NCBI GenBank assembly: GCA_036497165.1
Contig: DASXJW010000038.1
Location: 888 to 64,887, forward strand
Direction: 5' to 3'
Length of the DNA: 64,000 nucleotides
Source: Solirubrobacteraceae bacterium
GTDB taxonomy: Bacteria; Actinomycetota; Thermoleophilia; Solirubrobacterales; Solirubrobacteraceae
Both the position numbers and the translations under genes were made by a program. Below, piece by piece: positions 1 through 9,835 of the stretch (its first letter is position 1; the number at the start of each line of letters is the position of its first letter). The notes beneath the pieces are model-generated. The model had not been told where the DNA came from. It ran no database searches and saw only the letters and a program-made list of their open reading frames with translations.

Positions 1-207
1 CCACTCGAGGATGATCAGTGCACCGAGCAGGACGCCGCCGCCAAGGAAGGCGGCCAGCACGTAGAAGGAGAGAACGACGGCGACCACGCGCTCGACCGGG
101 CGGCGGTAGGCAGTCACCGCGGGCACCACGAGCAGGGTGACGAAGGCGATGAGCCCAAGGAGGCCGCAGCCCCCCGCGACGATGTAGGTGACGGTGGTGT
201 TGCTCAC
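1..207 (-). CDS. small membrane protein (3' end runs off window)
   Basis: GTG at 207, open to window edge: MSNTTVTYIVAGGCGLLGLIAFVTLLVVPAVTAYRRPVERVVAVVLSFYVLAAFLGGGVLLGALIILEW; two hydrophobic helices; not in ORF track. Confidence 0.7.
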   Translation of the reverse strand, partial: MSNTTVTYIVAGGCGLLGLIAFVTLLVVPAVTAYRRPVERVVAVVLSFYVLAAFLGGGVLLGALIILEW

Positions 208-288
208 GTCTTGCACCCTGAATTGTGCCGGAAGGTAGTCATAACCGTGGTCGCGGGCTCCGATCCGGCGCAAATTGCGGGCAAACGC

Positions 289-1131
289 TCACTCGTTCGC
301 CGTCGCCGCTCGGTCCCCTCCGCGGAAGGGATCGGCCGCGACGGCAGCCGGAAACGCCTCTCGCAGACGATCCGCGGCCTCGCGCGCGCGAGAACCGCCC
401 TCCGCACCCCAGAACAGGCCGATGACCGTCGGCCCCGAGCCGCACACGATCGCCTGGTCGGCGCCGGCCTCGAGCGCGGCGCCCAGCGCGGGCTGGATCA
501 CCGGGGCCAGCGACAGCGCGGCGGGTTGCAGGTCGTTGACCACCAGCGCGGGGTCGAAGGCGGCGCCCAGCCGGGAACGGAGGGACTCAAGCTCGGCGGC
601 CGGACGCGCCAGGCCGAGCCGGTCGGCCTCGCGGTAGACGTCGGCGGTCGACAGCGGGAAGGGCTGGGGCAGGATGACGACGGCATAGGACGGCGGGGCC
701 GGGACCGCCGCGAGGTCGGCTCCGGTGCCCGTGCCCAGCAGCGGACCCGGCTCGAGCTGGCCGGGTACGTCGGCGCCGAGCTCGGCGGCGATCCGGTGCG
801 CGGATGGGTGCGGGGCCCATCGCAGGACCGCGGCCGCGTCAGCGGAGCCCCCACCCATGCCGGCGGCCACGGGAATCCGCTTGGTGATCGTCACACGCAT
901 CGGCGGCCCCTCCCATCCGGCGTCGCGCAGGGCCGCCACCGCATCGCCGACGAGATTGGGGCCGTCCACTCCCTCGCAGACGATCTCGTCGCGCGTTCCC
1001 TGCACGATCTCGAGCTCGTCAAAGAGCGTGACCGCATCGAACAGCGTCACGAGCTCATGGCGTCCGTCGGGGCGGCGTGGCCCCAGGTAAAGACAGAGAT
1101 TGATCTTGGCCGGAGCTCGGACGCGTGTCAT
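289..1131 (-). CDS. ispE: 4-diphosphocytidyl-2-C-methyl-D-erythritol kinase
   Basis: APAKINL, KRIPVAAGMGGGSADAAA, GSGPT GHMP motifs; ATGA overlap with rsmA stop fixes start at 1131. Confidence 0.95.
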   Translation of the reverse strand: MTRVRAPAKINLCLYLGPRRPDGRHELVTLFDAVTLFDELEIVQGTRDEIVCEGVDGPNLVGDAVAALRDAGWEGPPMRVTITKRIPVAAGMGGGSADAAAVLRWAPHPSAHRIAAELGADVPGQLEPGPLLGTGTGADLAAVPAPPSYAVVILPQPFPLSTADVYREADRLGLARPAAELESLRSRLGAAFDPALVVNDLQPAALSLAPVIQPALGAALEAGADQAIVCGSGPTVIGLFWGAEGGSRAREAADRLREAFPAAVAADPFRGGDRAATANE

Positions 1132-1922
1132 GCGCGCAGGAGGGCCGCGAGCGCGCGGAACTCCTCGGGAGCCAGACGCTCGGCGCGCTCGTCGGGCGGG
1201 TGGCCGAGCTCGATCAGGGCGGCGCGGGCGCGCTCGCGCACGCCCGAGCCAAAGCCGGGGGCCAGCGCGAGCGACCCGGCCAGGGCCTTGCGCCGATGAG
1301 CGAACGCGGCGTGGACGAGCGCGCTCAGCGCGGCATCCGCGCCGGGGCCGTGGCGGCGCAGCCCCAGCAGGACCGAGTCGACGTTGGGCACCGGCCGAAA
1401 CACGTGGCGCGACACGGGCCGCAGAACCCGGACGTCGCAGGCGAGCTGGGCCAGCACCGACGGCACACCGTAGGCGGGCGTGGCCGGAGCGGCGGCGAAG
1501 CGCTCCCCCACCTCGCGCTGGACCATGACCACCCAGCGCTCGACGGAAGCCAGCTCCTCGACGGTGCGCAGGATCACGGTGGCGGCCACGCCGTAGGGGA
1601 GGTTGGCCACCATCTTCGTCGGGCGCGGCAACAGGCCGGTCAGGTCGAGCTCGAGCGCGTCGGCGAAGTGCAGCGTGACGTTGGCAAACGGAGCGAGCTC
1701 GCCGGTCAGCGTGTCGCGCAACCGGGAGTCGACCTCGACGACGTGCAGGTGGCCCACGCGCGGGGCCAGGTGGGCGGACAGGACCCCCGGTCCACCGCCG
1801 ACCTCGAGCACGACGTCGGCCGCTGACAGCTCGGCCAGCCGCGCGATGACGTCCAGGATGTTGCGGTCGATCAGGAAGTTCTGACCGAGCTCCCGTTGGC
1901 GCGCGGAGCGGGCGCTCACCAT
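1128..1922 (-). CDS. rsmA: 16S rRNA m6,2A1518/1519 dimethyltransferase KsgA
   Basis: LGQNFLID, VLEVGGGPG, VANLPY, FRPVPNVDS motifs. Confidence 0.95.
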   Translation of the reverse strand: MVSARSARQRELGQNFLIDRNILDVIARLAELSAADVVLEVGGGPGVLSAHLAPRVGHLHVVEVDSRLRDTLTGELAPFANVTLHFADALELDLTGLLPRPTKMVANLPYGVAATVILRTVEELASVERWVVMVQREVGERFAAAPATPAYGVPSVLAQLACDVRVLRPVSRHVFRPVPNVDSVLLGLRRHGPGADAALSALVHAAFAHRRKALAGSLALAPGFGSGVRERARAALIELGHPPDERAERLAPEEFRALAALLRA

Positions 1923-2668
1923 GAGAACAGCGCCGCGGCGTTGTCCTCGACGGCGCTTTCGAGCTCGGTGTACTCAACGCGCCGCTCCAGCGCGAGGGCC
2001 TGCGCGGTCATGGCCACGTTGGCGGGCTGGTTGGGCTTGCCGCGGACCGGCTGGGGCGAGAGGAAGGGCGCATCGGTCTCGACGAGAAGGCGGTCGGCGG
2101 GCACGCGCAGGGCCGCGGCGCGCAAGTCCTGCGCCTTGGGATAGGTGGCGTTGCCCGCGAAGGAGAGAAACCAGTTCTCCTGGGCCAGGCACTCCTCCAC
2201 GCGCGCCGCCATGGAGAAGCAGTGCAGGATGACGCGCAGGTCCCGCGCCTGCTCGGTCAGCACGGCCAGCGTGTCGTCGTCGGCGGCGCGGGTGTGGATG
2301 ACCAGCGGCTTGCCCGTGGCGCGGGCCAGCTCGATCTGGGCCTCGAACGCGCGGCGCTGGTCAGCGGCGGGCGCGTAGTCGCGGTAGTAGTCAAGGCCGG
2401 TCTCGCCGATGGCGACGCACTTCTCGTGGGCGGCGAGCGCCTCGAGCTCGGCGAAGTCGGCGTCGTCAAAGCCGGTCGCCGAGTTGGGGTGGCGGCCGAT
2501 GGCGGCGTAGACCTGCGGGAAGTCCTCGGCGGTGGCCAGCGCCTGGCGGCAGGAGGCGCCGTCGATGCCCACGGTGAGCATCCGCGTGACCCCGGCCTCG
2601 GCGGCGGCCGCGACGAGCTCCGTGTCCGGTGGCTCGCAGAGATGCAGGTGCGTGTGGCTGTCGATCAC
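1916..2668 (-). CDS. tatD: TatD family DNase/hydrolase
   Basis: IDSHTH, IGETGLDYY, VIHTR, LHCF, ETDAPF; GTGA overlap with metG stop. Confidence 0.93.
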   Translation of the reverse strand: MIDSHTHLHLCEPPDTELVAAAAEAGVTRMLTVGIDGASCRQALATAEDFPQVYAAIGRHPNSATGFDDADFAELEALAAHEKCVAIGETGLDYYRDYAPAADQRRAFEAQIELARATGKPLVIHTRAADDDTLAVLTEQARDLRVILHCFSMAARVEECLAQENWFLSFAGNATYPKAQDLRAAALRVPADRLLVETDAPFLSPQPVRGKPNQPANVAMTAQALALERRVEYTELESAVEDNAAALFSW

Positions 2669-4185
2669 CGTGCCGGCGCGACGGCACGCTTGGGAAAGAG
2701 CGGCTCCAGCGCATCCACGGTGCGACCGCCGCCCGTGGCGGCGAAGCCGGCCCCGGCCATCGAGAGATCGGGGGCGCCCAGCGCCTCGAGCAGGCGGGTG
2801 GTGCTGGCGGGCATGTAGGCGGCCAGCAGGACGCTGATCACCCGCACCGCCTCCCCGAGAGAGGCCAGCGTCTCGTCGAGGGCGGGCGCCTGGGCGGGGT
2901 CCTTGGCCAGCTGCCACGGGGCCCGCTCCTGCACGTACTGGTTGCTGCGGCGCACGCGCTGCCAGATCTCCTCGAGCGCCGTGGTGACCTCGGCGCGATC
3001 GAGCAGGTCGGCGACGCGCTCGGCCAGGCCCTCGAACTCGCGCGCGAGCGCGGGATCGGTGGGCGCGTCGGGGATGACGCCCTCGCGGTAGCGGTGGATC
3101 ATGGCGATCGTCCGGCTGGCGAGGTTGCCGTAGTCGTTGGCCAGCTCGGACTCGTAGCGGGAGGTGACCGCGTCCATGCCCACCGAGCCGTCGCCGCCGA
3201 AGGGGACGTCGCGCATGAGATAGAAGCGCAGGGCGTCGGTGCCGAACTGGTCGATGACCTCGAACGGGTCCAGGACGTTGCCCAGCGACTTGCTCATCTT
3301 GCGCCCGTCGGAGCCCAGCAGGAAGCCGTGGACGAACACGTGCTCGGGGATCGCCAGGCCCGCGGCCATCAGCATCGCGGGCCAGAACACCGTGTGGAAC
3401 TTGAGGATGTCCTTGCCGATGATGTGGTAGGTCGCCGGCCAGAAGCGGTCGGTGAGATCCTCGCCCGGGCGGGCGTAGCCGAGCGCCGTGTAGTAGTTGA
3501 GCAGCGCGTCGAACCACACGTAGAAGACGTGCTCGTGGTCCCACGGCACGGTGACGCCCCACTTCAGCCGCTTGCGGCTGAGCGAGATGTCCTGCAGCCC
3601 GGAGGTGATGAACGAGAGCGCCTCGTTGTAGCGGGCCGGGGGCATGACGAAGTCGCGGCGCTCGGCGTAGAGACGCTCGAGCGGCTCCTGGAAGTCCGAG
3701 AGCTTGAAGAACCAGTTCTCCTCCTGATGGAGCTCGAGCACGATCTCGTGGATCGGGCAGCGGTTGCCCTCGAGGATCTCGTTCTCCACCTTGAAGTCGG
3801 CGCAGCGGGGGCAGTACCAGCCCTCGTACACGTCCTTGTAGGTGTAGCCGTTGTCGTGCACGCGCTGGAGCACCTCCTGGACGCGGCGCTCGTGCTCCGC
3901 GTCGGTGGTGCGGATGAAGAAGTCATTGGAGGCATCCAGCCGAGGCGCCAGCGCCTTGAAGCGCTCGGCGTTGCGGTCGGCCAGCTCCTGGGGGGTCACG
4001 CCCTGGGCGTGGGCGGCGTCGGCGACCGGCTCGCCGTGCTCGTCGGTTCCGGTGAGGAAGAAGACGTCGGCGCCGCGCTGGCGCATGTGGCGGGCCAGCA
4101 CGTCGGTGGCGATGGTGGTGTACGCGTGGCCCAGGTGGGGCTGGGCGTTGACGTAGTAGATCGGGGTGGTGATGTAGAAGCTCAC
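2665..4185 (-). CDS. metG: methionine--tRNA ligase (short form)
   Basis: ITTPIYYVN..HLGHAY, GTDEHG, KMSKSLGN, WFDAL. Confidence 0.97.
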   Translation of the reverse strand: MSFYITTPIYYVNAQPHLGHAYTTIATDVLARHMRQRGADVFFLTGTDEHGEPVADAAHAQGVTPQELADRNAERFKALAPRLDASNDFFIRTTDAEHERRVQEVLQRVHDNGYTYKDVYEGWYCPRCADFKVENEILEGNRCPIHEIVLELHQEENWFFKLSDFQEPLERLYAERRDFVMPPARYNEALSFITSGLQDISLSRKRLKWGVTVPWDHEHVFYVWFDALLNYYTALGYARPGEDLTDRFWPATYHIIGKDILKFHTVFWPAMLMAAGLAIPEHVFVHGFLLGSDGRKMSKSLGNVLDPFEVIDQFGTDALRFYLMRDVPFGGDGSVGMDAVTSRYESELANDYGNLASRTIAMIHRYREGVIPDAPTDPALAREFEGLAERVADLLDRAEVTTALEEIWQRVRRSNQYVQERAPWQLAKDPAQAPALDETLASLGEAVRVISVLLAAYMPASTTRLLEALGAPDLSMAGAGFAATGGGRTVDALEPLFPKRAVAPAR

Positions 4186-4327
4186 GGGCTGGGGTGAAGG
4201 CTAGTGGTCGCGGGGCGCAGTGCGCTGTTGGGTTGGTCGCGGTGGCCGGAGGCCGGGCACAACGCGAACGCACGTCAACGGCATGCACCGAAGGAGGGGA
4301 CGGATTGGCCTCCGCGGCGGCGAGATC

Positions 4328-4445
4328 TTGACGTCTCACGTCACACGGTGGCCCGCCCCGGAGCGTGTGTCGTGAAACGCGTGTCATGTTGACGCCTCAC
4401 GTCACGCCCCCTCCAAAGAACGCGTGTGTGATCCGTGGCGTCAAC
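4328..4445. repeat. two imperfect ~60-bp palindromic units (TTGACGYCTCACGTCAC core)
   Basis: ttgacgtctcacgtcac at 4328-4344 and ttgacgcctcacgtcac at 4389-4405; gcgtgtgt at 4363 and 4422; gttgacgc (4388) and gcgtcaac (4438) form an inverted pair. Confidence 0.6.
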
Positions 4446-5475
4446 AGCCGCGCGGAGGCGCGGTCGTGGAGCGGACCACCAGCGTCGGCTCCACCAGGCG
4501 CGTCACGCTGGGCCGCCGGTTGTCGATCCGGTCCAGGAGCAGCTCGAGGGCCATGCGCCCCATATCGCTGCGGGGCTGGTCGACGGTGGTCAGCGAGACG
4601 TGGGCCAGGTGCGCGATGAAGTTGTTGTCATAACCGACGATCGAGACGGTGCCCGGTACCTCGACGCCCGCCTGGTCAAAGCCGCCCAGCAGGCCCGCCG
4701 CCACCATGTCGTTGGCGGCGAACACGGCGGTGGGCAGCTCGGGCTCGGCCAGCAGGACGCGCGCCGCGGCGGCGCCCGCCTCCTCGGTGAAGTCGCCCGG
4801 GATCACACGCGCGCGGGCGCCCAGGCGCCGATCGCGCATCCCCCGCAGGAAGGCGGAGCGGCGCTGGGGTCCGCCGGCGCCCTTGCCGCCGTCGACGTGC
4901 GCGATCCGCTCGTGGCCGAGCCCCACCAGATGGTCGAGGATCAGCTCGGTGCCGTGGTGCTCGTCGATGATGACGAGATCGGCGTCCACGCCGCGGACCT
5001 GGCGGCCCACCATCACCACCGGCACCTCGGCCGCGGCCGCGGCGATGTCGGCGGAGCGCATGCGCGGGCTGACGAGGATCACGCCGTCGACGCGGTACTC
5101 GAGCAGCGTGGCCAGCGAGGCGCGCTCGCGGCGGGCCTGGCGCGCGCCGGCGCCCAGGAGCAGCTGGTAGCCCAGCTCGGAGGCCAGCTCCTCGACGCCT
5201 CCGGCGATCTCGCCGAAGAACGGGTTGCGCAGGTCGTCGAGCACCACGCCCACCGTCTTGGTGCGGCGGCTGGCCAGGCTGCGCGCCATGGCGTTGGGGC
5301 GATAGCCCAGCCGGTTGGCCACCTCGAGCACGCGGGTGCGCCGCTTCTCGGACACGTTGGGCTGGGAGCGCATGACCAGGGATACGAGCGCACGCGACAC
5401 GCCGGCCTCGCGCGCCACGTCCTCCATCGTCGGCGCGCGGCGCGAAAGGGAGGTCATGGGACCGCGAGCCGACAT
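4441..5475 (-). CDS. LacI family transcriptional regulator of iol cluster
   Basis: TMEDVAREAGVSRALVSLV..LGYRPN HTH and sugar-binding domain; divergent from iol operon; true start may be a few codons downstream. Confidence 0.93.
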   Translation of the reverse strand: MSARGPMTSLSRRAPTMEDVAREAGVSRALVSLVMRSQPNVSEKRRTRVLEVANRLGYRPNAMARSLASRRTKTVGVVLDDLRNPFFGEIAGGVEELASELGYQLLLGAGARQARRERASLATLLEYRVDGVILVSPRMRSADIAAAAAEVPVVMVGRQVRGVDADLVIIDEHHGTELILDHLVGLGHERIAHVDGGKGAGGPQRRSAFLRGMRDRRLGARARVIPGDFTEEAGAAAARVLLAEPELPTAVFAANDMVAAGLLGGFDQAGVEVPGTVSIVGYDNNFIAHLAHVSLTTVDQPRSDMGRMALELLLDRIDNRRPSVTRLVEPTLVVRSTTAPPRGC

Positions 5476-5496
5476 GGCAAACCGGCGCGAGCTTAC

Positions 5497-5537
5497 TTAG
5501 CGCGCACCAAGGCCGCAAGTAGATTGGCGCGCTCTAA
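5497..5537. promoter_or_regulatory. pair of imperfect LacI-type operators near lacI promoter
   Basis: TTAGCGCGCACCAA at 5497-5510 and TTGGCGCGCTCTAA at 5524-5537, similar to the perfect palindrome at 5623. Confidence 0.65.
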
Positions 5538-5578
5538 TCCACGCACCGGACCCTAACCCAAGGCACCGGCTTTTTGCC

Positions 5579-5608
5579 TTGACGCGTGCGGAATCGACGG
5601 GTTATAGT
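5579..5608 (+). promoter_or_regulatory. sigmaA-type promoter of iol operon
   Basis: TTGACG (5579-5584), 18-bp spacer, TATAGT (5603-5608). Confidence 0.75.
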
Positions 5609-5622
5609 CGGGCCTTCGTCGC

Positions 5623-5662
5623 TTAGAGCGCTCTAACTGACAACGGTTCTGGAGCGCTCCAC
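5623..5662. promoter_or_regulatory. pair of LacI-type operators downstream of iol promoter
   Basis: perfect palindromes TTAGAGCGCTCTAA (5623-5636) and TGGAGCGCTCCA (5650-5661) with central CG typical of LacI sites. Confidence 0.85.
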
Positions 5663-5679
5663 GCCAGGGAGACAGAGGA

Positions 5680-6606
5680 GTGCAGGACAGCCCAGACCAG
5701 CCAGACCTGGAGCCGCGCGCCTACGCGCACAGGCTCGCCGGCGCCCCCATCTCGTGGGGGGCGTGCGAAGTCCCCGGCTGGGGGCGCCTGCCCGATCCCG
5801 AGACGGTGCTGAGCGAGATGGCCGCCCTGGGGCTGCGCGGCACGGAGCTGGGCCCGCCCGGGTTCCTGCCCGACGACCCCGCGGCCCTTGCGGCGCTGCT
5901 GCGGCGCCATCGCCTGCGCTTCGTCGGCGGTTTCACGCCCCTCGTCCTCCACGAGCCCGAGCTGGACGTCGCCGCGGCCCGGCGGGCGATCGCGCTGCTG
6001 GCTGACGGGGGCGCCGAGGTGCTCGTGGCCGCCGCGGTGCAGGACGCCGACTGGAGCCCGCCGCATCCGCTGAGCGACGGCGGCTGGCGCAACCTGAGCG
6101 CCAACGCGCGGGCGGTGCAGTCGCTCGCGGGCGAGTACGGGCTGACCTTCGCGCTGCATCCACACGTCGGGACCCTGATCGAGACCGACGATCAGGTGCA
6201 GCGGGCGCTCGAGGTGACCGACGTCGGATGGTGCCTGGACACGGGCCACCTCATGATCGGCGGCACGGATCCAGCGGCCTTCGCCGCCCGGCACGGCAAG
6301 CGCGTGACGCACGTTCACCTCAAGGACATCGACGCGCCGCTGGCCGGCCAGCTCATGGCGGGGCGGCTGTCGCTGCTTCAGGCCACCCGCCGCGGGCTGT
6401 TCGTGCCGCTCGGTCGAGGCGCGGCGCCGGTGGCAGAGACCCTTCACGCGTTGGACGAGCACGGTTATGACGGATGGCTGGTGCTCGAGCAGGACACGGC
6501 CATCACCGCGGACGAGCCGGCGGTGAACAGCGCATCGATGCTCGCGGCCAGAGAGAGCATCCAGTTCCTCAACTCGGCTCACAGGACGGAGGAGATCAAT
6601 CGATGA
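5680..6606 (+). CDS. iolE: IolE-like inosose dehydratase / sugar phosphate isomerase-epimerase (TIM barrel)
   Basis: GAPISWG, GTELGP, HPHVGT, CLDTGH, HVHLKD, WLVLEQD. Confidence 0.8.
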   Translation: MQDSPDQPDLEPRAYAHRLAGAPISWGACEVPGWGRLPDPETVLSEMAALGLRGTELGPPGFLPDDPAALAALLRRHRLRFVGGFTPLVLHEPELDVAAARRAIALLADGGAEVLVAAAVQDADWSPPHPLSDGGWRNLSANARAVQSLAGEYGLTFALHPHVGTLIETDDQVQRALEVTDVGWCLDTGHLMIGGTDPAAFAARHGKRVTHVHLKDIDAPLAGQLMAGRLSLLQATRRGLFVPLGRGAAPVAETLHALDEHGYDGWLVLEQDTAITADEPAVNSASMLAARESIQFLNSAHRTEEINR

Positions 6607-7688
6607 GACGACTGCGTCGCAGTCTGACGGTGCCGGCGCTGGTGGCAGTCAGCGCCTTGCTGGTGGCCGCGTGCGGTGGTAGCTCGAGCAGCTCGAGCGC
6701 CAGCAAGTCGGGCAGTAGCACCTCGGCGGTCAACATCGCGAGCTCGAGCAAGCCGTGCAACTACAAGTTCGCCCTCATCACCCATGGCGACAACGGCAAC
6801 TTCTGGAGCGTCGTGTACAAGGGCGCCAAGAACGCCGCCGCGGACCTGGGGTGCACCCTCACCCAGACCTATGGGTCCCAGCAGCAGGGCCAGGCCGAGC
6901 CTGACGACAACGCCGAGAACGCCCAGATCCAGAACGCCATCAACGCGCACGTCGACGGCATGGCGATCTCTGACCATGATCCGAGCCTGATGAACCCGAC
7001 GATCAAGTCAGCGGTCGCGAAGGGGATTCCGGTGGTCCTGCTCAACGCCGGCTGCGACGATCAGGACATCGCGGCCAGTAACGCCATCACGTGTGTCGGC
7101 CAGCCCGAGCAACTCGCCGGCCAGGCCTCCGGCGCTCGCTTCAAGCAACTTGGCGCCACCAACGTGCTGTGCGTCATCCACCAGTCCGGCCAGAACCTGC
7201 TGGACCGCTGCAACGGCATCGCCCAGGGCCTCGGCGTCGGCCAGCAGTGCAAGTCCGGCAGCGCGCCGTCGAAGGGGCCGGCGTGCACGGAGCTGACGCT
7301 GTCGACCCCCAACGCGGCGTCCAATCCGCAGCAGGCGATCGGCCAGGTGACCTCATACCTGCAGTCCCATCCGCAGATCAATGCGGTCATGCTCCTCAAC
7401 AACGCCTTCGCGCCCGTCTTGATCAGCGCGCATCCCGCGAACGTCAAGATCGCGACGTTCGACCTGTCCAGCGACGTCGAGAACGAGATCAAGGCGGGGA
7501 CGGTGGCCTTCGCGGTCGACCAGCAGCAGTACCTACAGGGCTACCTGCCCATCCAGTTCCTCTACCTGTTCCGCAAGCACGAGGGGCAGAGCGTCGGCGG
7601 CGGCACCACCGTGGCCAGCGGTCCGCTCCTGGTGGACAAGACCAACATCGCCAATGTGTCAGCGGCGATCGCAGCCGGGGACGACTGA
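6603..7688 (+). CDS. sugar (inositol) ABC transporter substrate-binding lipoprotein
   Basis: lipobox LVAAC; ITHG..FWSVV..GA, ATFDLS, FAVDQQQYLQGY motifs; ATGA overlap. Confidence 0.9.
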   Translation: MRRLRRSLTVPALVAVSALLVAACGGSSSSSSASKSGSSTSAVNIASSSKPCNYKFALITHGDNGNFWSVVYKGAKNAAADLGCTLTQTYGSQQQGQAEPDDNAENAQIQNAINAHVDGMAISDHDPSLMNPTIKSAVAKGIPVVLLNAGCDDQDIAASNAITCVGQPEQLAGQASGARFKQLGATNVLCVIHQSGQNLLDRCNGIAQGLGVGQQCKSGSAPSKGPACTELTLSTPNAASNPQQAIGQVTSYLQSHPQINAVMLLNNAFAPVLISAHPANVKIATFDLSSDVENEIKAGTVAFAVDQQQYLQGYLPIQFLYLFRKHEGQSVGGGTTVASGPLLVDKTNIANVSAAIAAGDD

Positions 7689-7713
7689 CCCACCCCCACG
7701 ACACGCCAACCGC

Positions 7714-7758
7714 GCAAGCGCGCCGGGCGGAGGATCGGCCCCGCCCGGCGGCGCTTGC
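7714..7758 (+). other. intercistronic stem-loop after SBP gene (mRNA stabiliser or partial terminator)
   Basis: gcaagcgcgccgggcgg pairs with ccgcccggcg(g)cgcttgc. Confidence 0.6.
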
Positions 7759-7790
7759 ACACGTGACTGACGGAGAGTGACCGAGAGACG

Positions 7791-8897
7791 ATGAGCGCCA
7801 CCTCACCCCCCACGCCGACCTCGAGCCAGGCGCAGGCAGAGCCGGCGACAACCGATGAGCGGCTGGTCCCCATCAGCCGCATGACGCGGCTGATGCGCCG
7901 ACCGGAGCTGGGAGCGCTGATGGGCGCGATCGCGGTCTGGGTCCTGTTCGCGATCACCGACTCGAGCTCCAACCACCTGTGGCTCAACCAGACCGGGTTG
8001 GCGGCGTGGACGCAGCAGGCGGCGTTCTTCGGGATCATCGCCGTCCCGGTGGGGCTGCTGATGATCGGCGGCGAGTTCGACCTCTCGACCGGAGTGATGT
8101 CGGGCGTCACGGCGATCGTGCCGGCGCTGCTGGTCGGCAAGTATCACTGGGACACCTGGCTGGCCATCGTCGCCACCGTCGCGTTCGCCGCCGCCGTCGG
8201 CCTGCTCAACGGCTACGTCGTGGTCAAGAGCAAGCTGCCGAGCTTCATCGTGACGCTGGCGACGTTCTTCATCCTGCGCGGCGCCAGCGTCGGCGGCGTC
8301 CTGCTGCTCAACCACGGCAGCACCAACGTCTCGATCAGCTCGCCGCACCCGCCGGGCCTGGCGAGCGCCAAGTCGATCTTCGGCAGCTCGTTCTTCTCCA
8401 GCGGCGCGCTGGCCAACGGCTACAGCACGGCGATCATCTGGTTCATCCTGGTGACGATCGTCGCCACATGGGTGCTCAGCCGCACGTCGTTCGGCAACTG
8501 GATCTTTGCGTCCGGTGGGGAGCAGAACGCCGCCCGCAACACCGGCGTCCCGGTCAACCGGACCAAGATTCTGCTGTTCGTCAGCACCGCGGTCGCCGCG
8601 TCGCTGGTCGGGATCATCTCGTTCACCCAGTCGGGCTCGGCGGTGTCCGAGCAGGGCGTGGGCTACGAGTTCTTCTACATCATCGCCGCCGTCGTGGGCG
8701 GCTGCTTTCTCACCGGCGGCTACGGCTCCGCGGTGGGCGCGGCGCTGGGCGCCTGCATCATCGGGATGGCCTTCGAGGGCGTGATCTACGCCGGCTGGGA
8801 CAGCTCCTGGAACTTCGCGTTCCTCGGGGCGATCCTGTTCCTGGCCGTGGCCGTCAACACCCTGATCTACCGCCGCGCGGTCACGTCGAGGCGATGA
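7791..8897 (+). CDS. sugar ABC transporter permease
   Basis: [41 protein letters not shown]. Confidence 0.93.
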   Translation: MSATSPPTPTSSQAQAEPATTDERLVPISRMTRLMRRPELGALMGAIAVWVLFAITDSSSNHLWLNQTGLAAWTQQAAFFGIIAVPVGLLMIGGEFDLSTGVMSGVTAIVPALLVGKYHWDTWLAIVATVAFAAAVGLLNGYVVVKSKLPSFIVTLATFFILRGASVGGVLLLNHGSTNVSISSPHPPGLASAKSIFGSSFFSSGALANGYSTAIIWFILVTIVATWVLSRTSFGNWIFASGGEQNAARNTGVPVNRTKILLFVSTAVAASLVGIISFTQSGSAVSEQGVGYEFFYIIAAVVGGCFLTGGYGSAVGAALGACIIGMAFEGVIYAGWDSSWNFAFLGAILFLAVAVNTLIYRRAVTSRR

Positions 8898-9829
8898 GCA
8901 TGGAGGGTTCGGACATGCACACCACCGCGGGCACTGGGCAGAGCCCGGGAACCACGCCGGAGGCCGGAACCGGGCCGGCGGTCAACGGCACCGAGGCGTG
9001 CCTCCTGGAGGCCCGCGGGGTCTCGAAGTACTTCGGGTCCGTCAACGCGCTCCGCGACATCTCACTCAAGGTCAACGCCGGTGAGGTGACCTGCGTGCTG
9101 GGGGACAACGGCGCGGGCAAGTCCACGCTGATCAAGATCCTCTCCGGAGTCCATGCTCCCGACGAGGGCGAGCTGCTCATGAACGGCGAGCCGGTGACGT
9201 TCACCAATCCGCGCGACGCGCGCGGCCGGGGGATCGCCACGGTGTTCCAGGACCTGGCCACCGTGCCGCTCATGAGCGTGTGGCGCAACTTCTTCTTGGG
9301 CAACGAGCCGACGAAGGGGTGGGGGCCGCTGCAGCGAATGGACATCAAGAAGGCGCAGTCGGTCATGCGCGACGAGATGGCCAAGATGGGGATCGACGTG
9401 CGCGATCCCAACCAGACGGTGGGGACGCTGTCGGGAGGCGAGCGCCAGGCTGTCTCGATCGCCCGCGCCGTGTACTTCGGCGCCCAGGTGCTCATCCTGG
9501 ACGAGCCCACCAGCGCGCTGGGGGTCCGGCAGTCCGGGATCGTGCTCAAGTACGTCATCCAGGCGCGGGCCCGAGGCCGCGGGGTGGTCTTCATCACCCA
9601 CAACCCGCACCACGCGTTCCCGGTGGGCGACCGATTCGTGCTCCTCCAGCGCGGGCAGATGATGGGCTCCTATCTGAAGGCCGAGACATCCCTGGAGCAG
9701 CTCACCTCGCTCATGGCGGGCGGCGCCGAGCTCGAGCAGCTCAGCCACGAGCTGCAGGGACTGGCCGCCGATCCCGAGCTGGCCAAGGTCGCCAAGGAAC
9801 TGGCGGCCGAGGCCAAGGAGAGCGCGTAG
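8894..9829 (+). CDS. sugar ABC transporter ATP-binding protein
   Basis: [22 protein letters not shown]; ATGA overlap. Confidence 0.93.
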   Translation: MSMEGSDMHTTAGTGQSPGTTPEAGTGPAVNGTEACLLEARGVSKYFGSVNALRDISLKVNAGEVTCVLGDNGAGKSTLIKILSGVHAPDEGELLMNGEPVTFTNPRDARGRGIATVFQDLATVPLMSVWRNFFLGNEPTKGWGPLQRMDIKKAQSVMRDEMAKMGIDVRDPNQTVGTLSGGERQAVSIARAVYFGAQVLILDEPTSALGVRQSGIVLKYVIQARARGRGVVFITHNPHHAFPVGDRFVLLQRGQMMGSYLKAETSLEQLTSLMAGGAELEQLSHELQGLAADPELAKVAKELAAEAKESA

Positions 9830-9835
9830 GAGGCG

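Noticed and set aside
289-1977. Apparent 562-aa IspE with long N-terminal extension (similar extensions for tatD, rsmI, lon, ABC ATPase)
   Set aside because: Extensions are alternative frames of neighbouring genes; start/stop overlaps or family motifs mark the real starts.
4186-4440. T-box or SAM riboswitch upstream of metG
   Set aside because: No T-box GGTGG-ACC motif or SAM-I/IV core recognised; only degenerate palindromic repeats.
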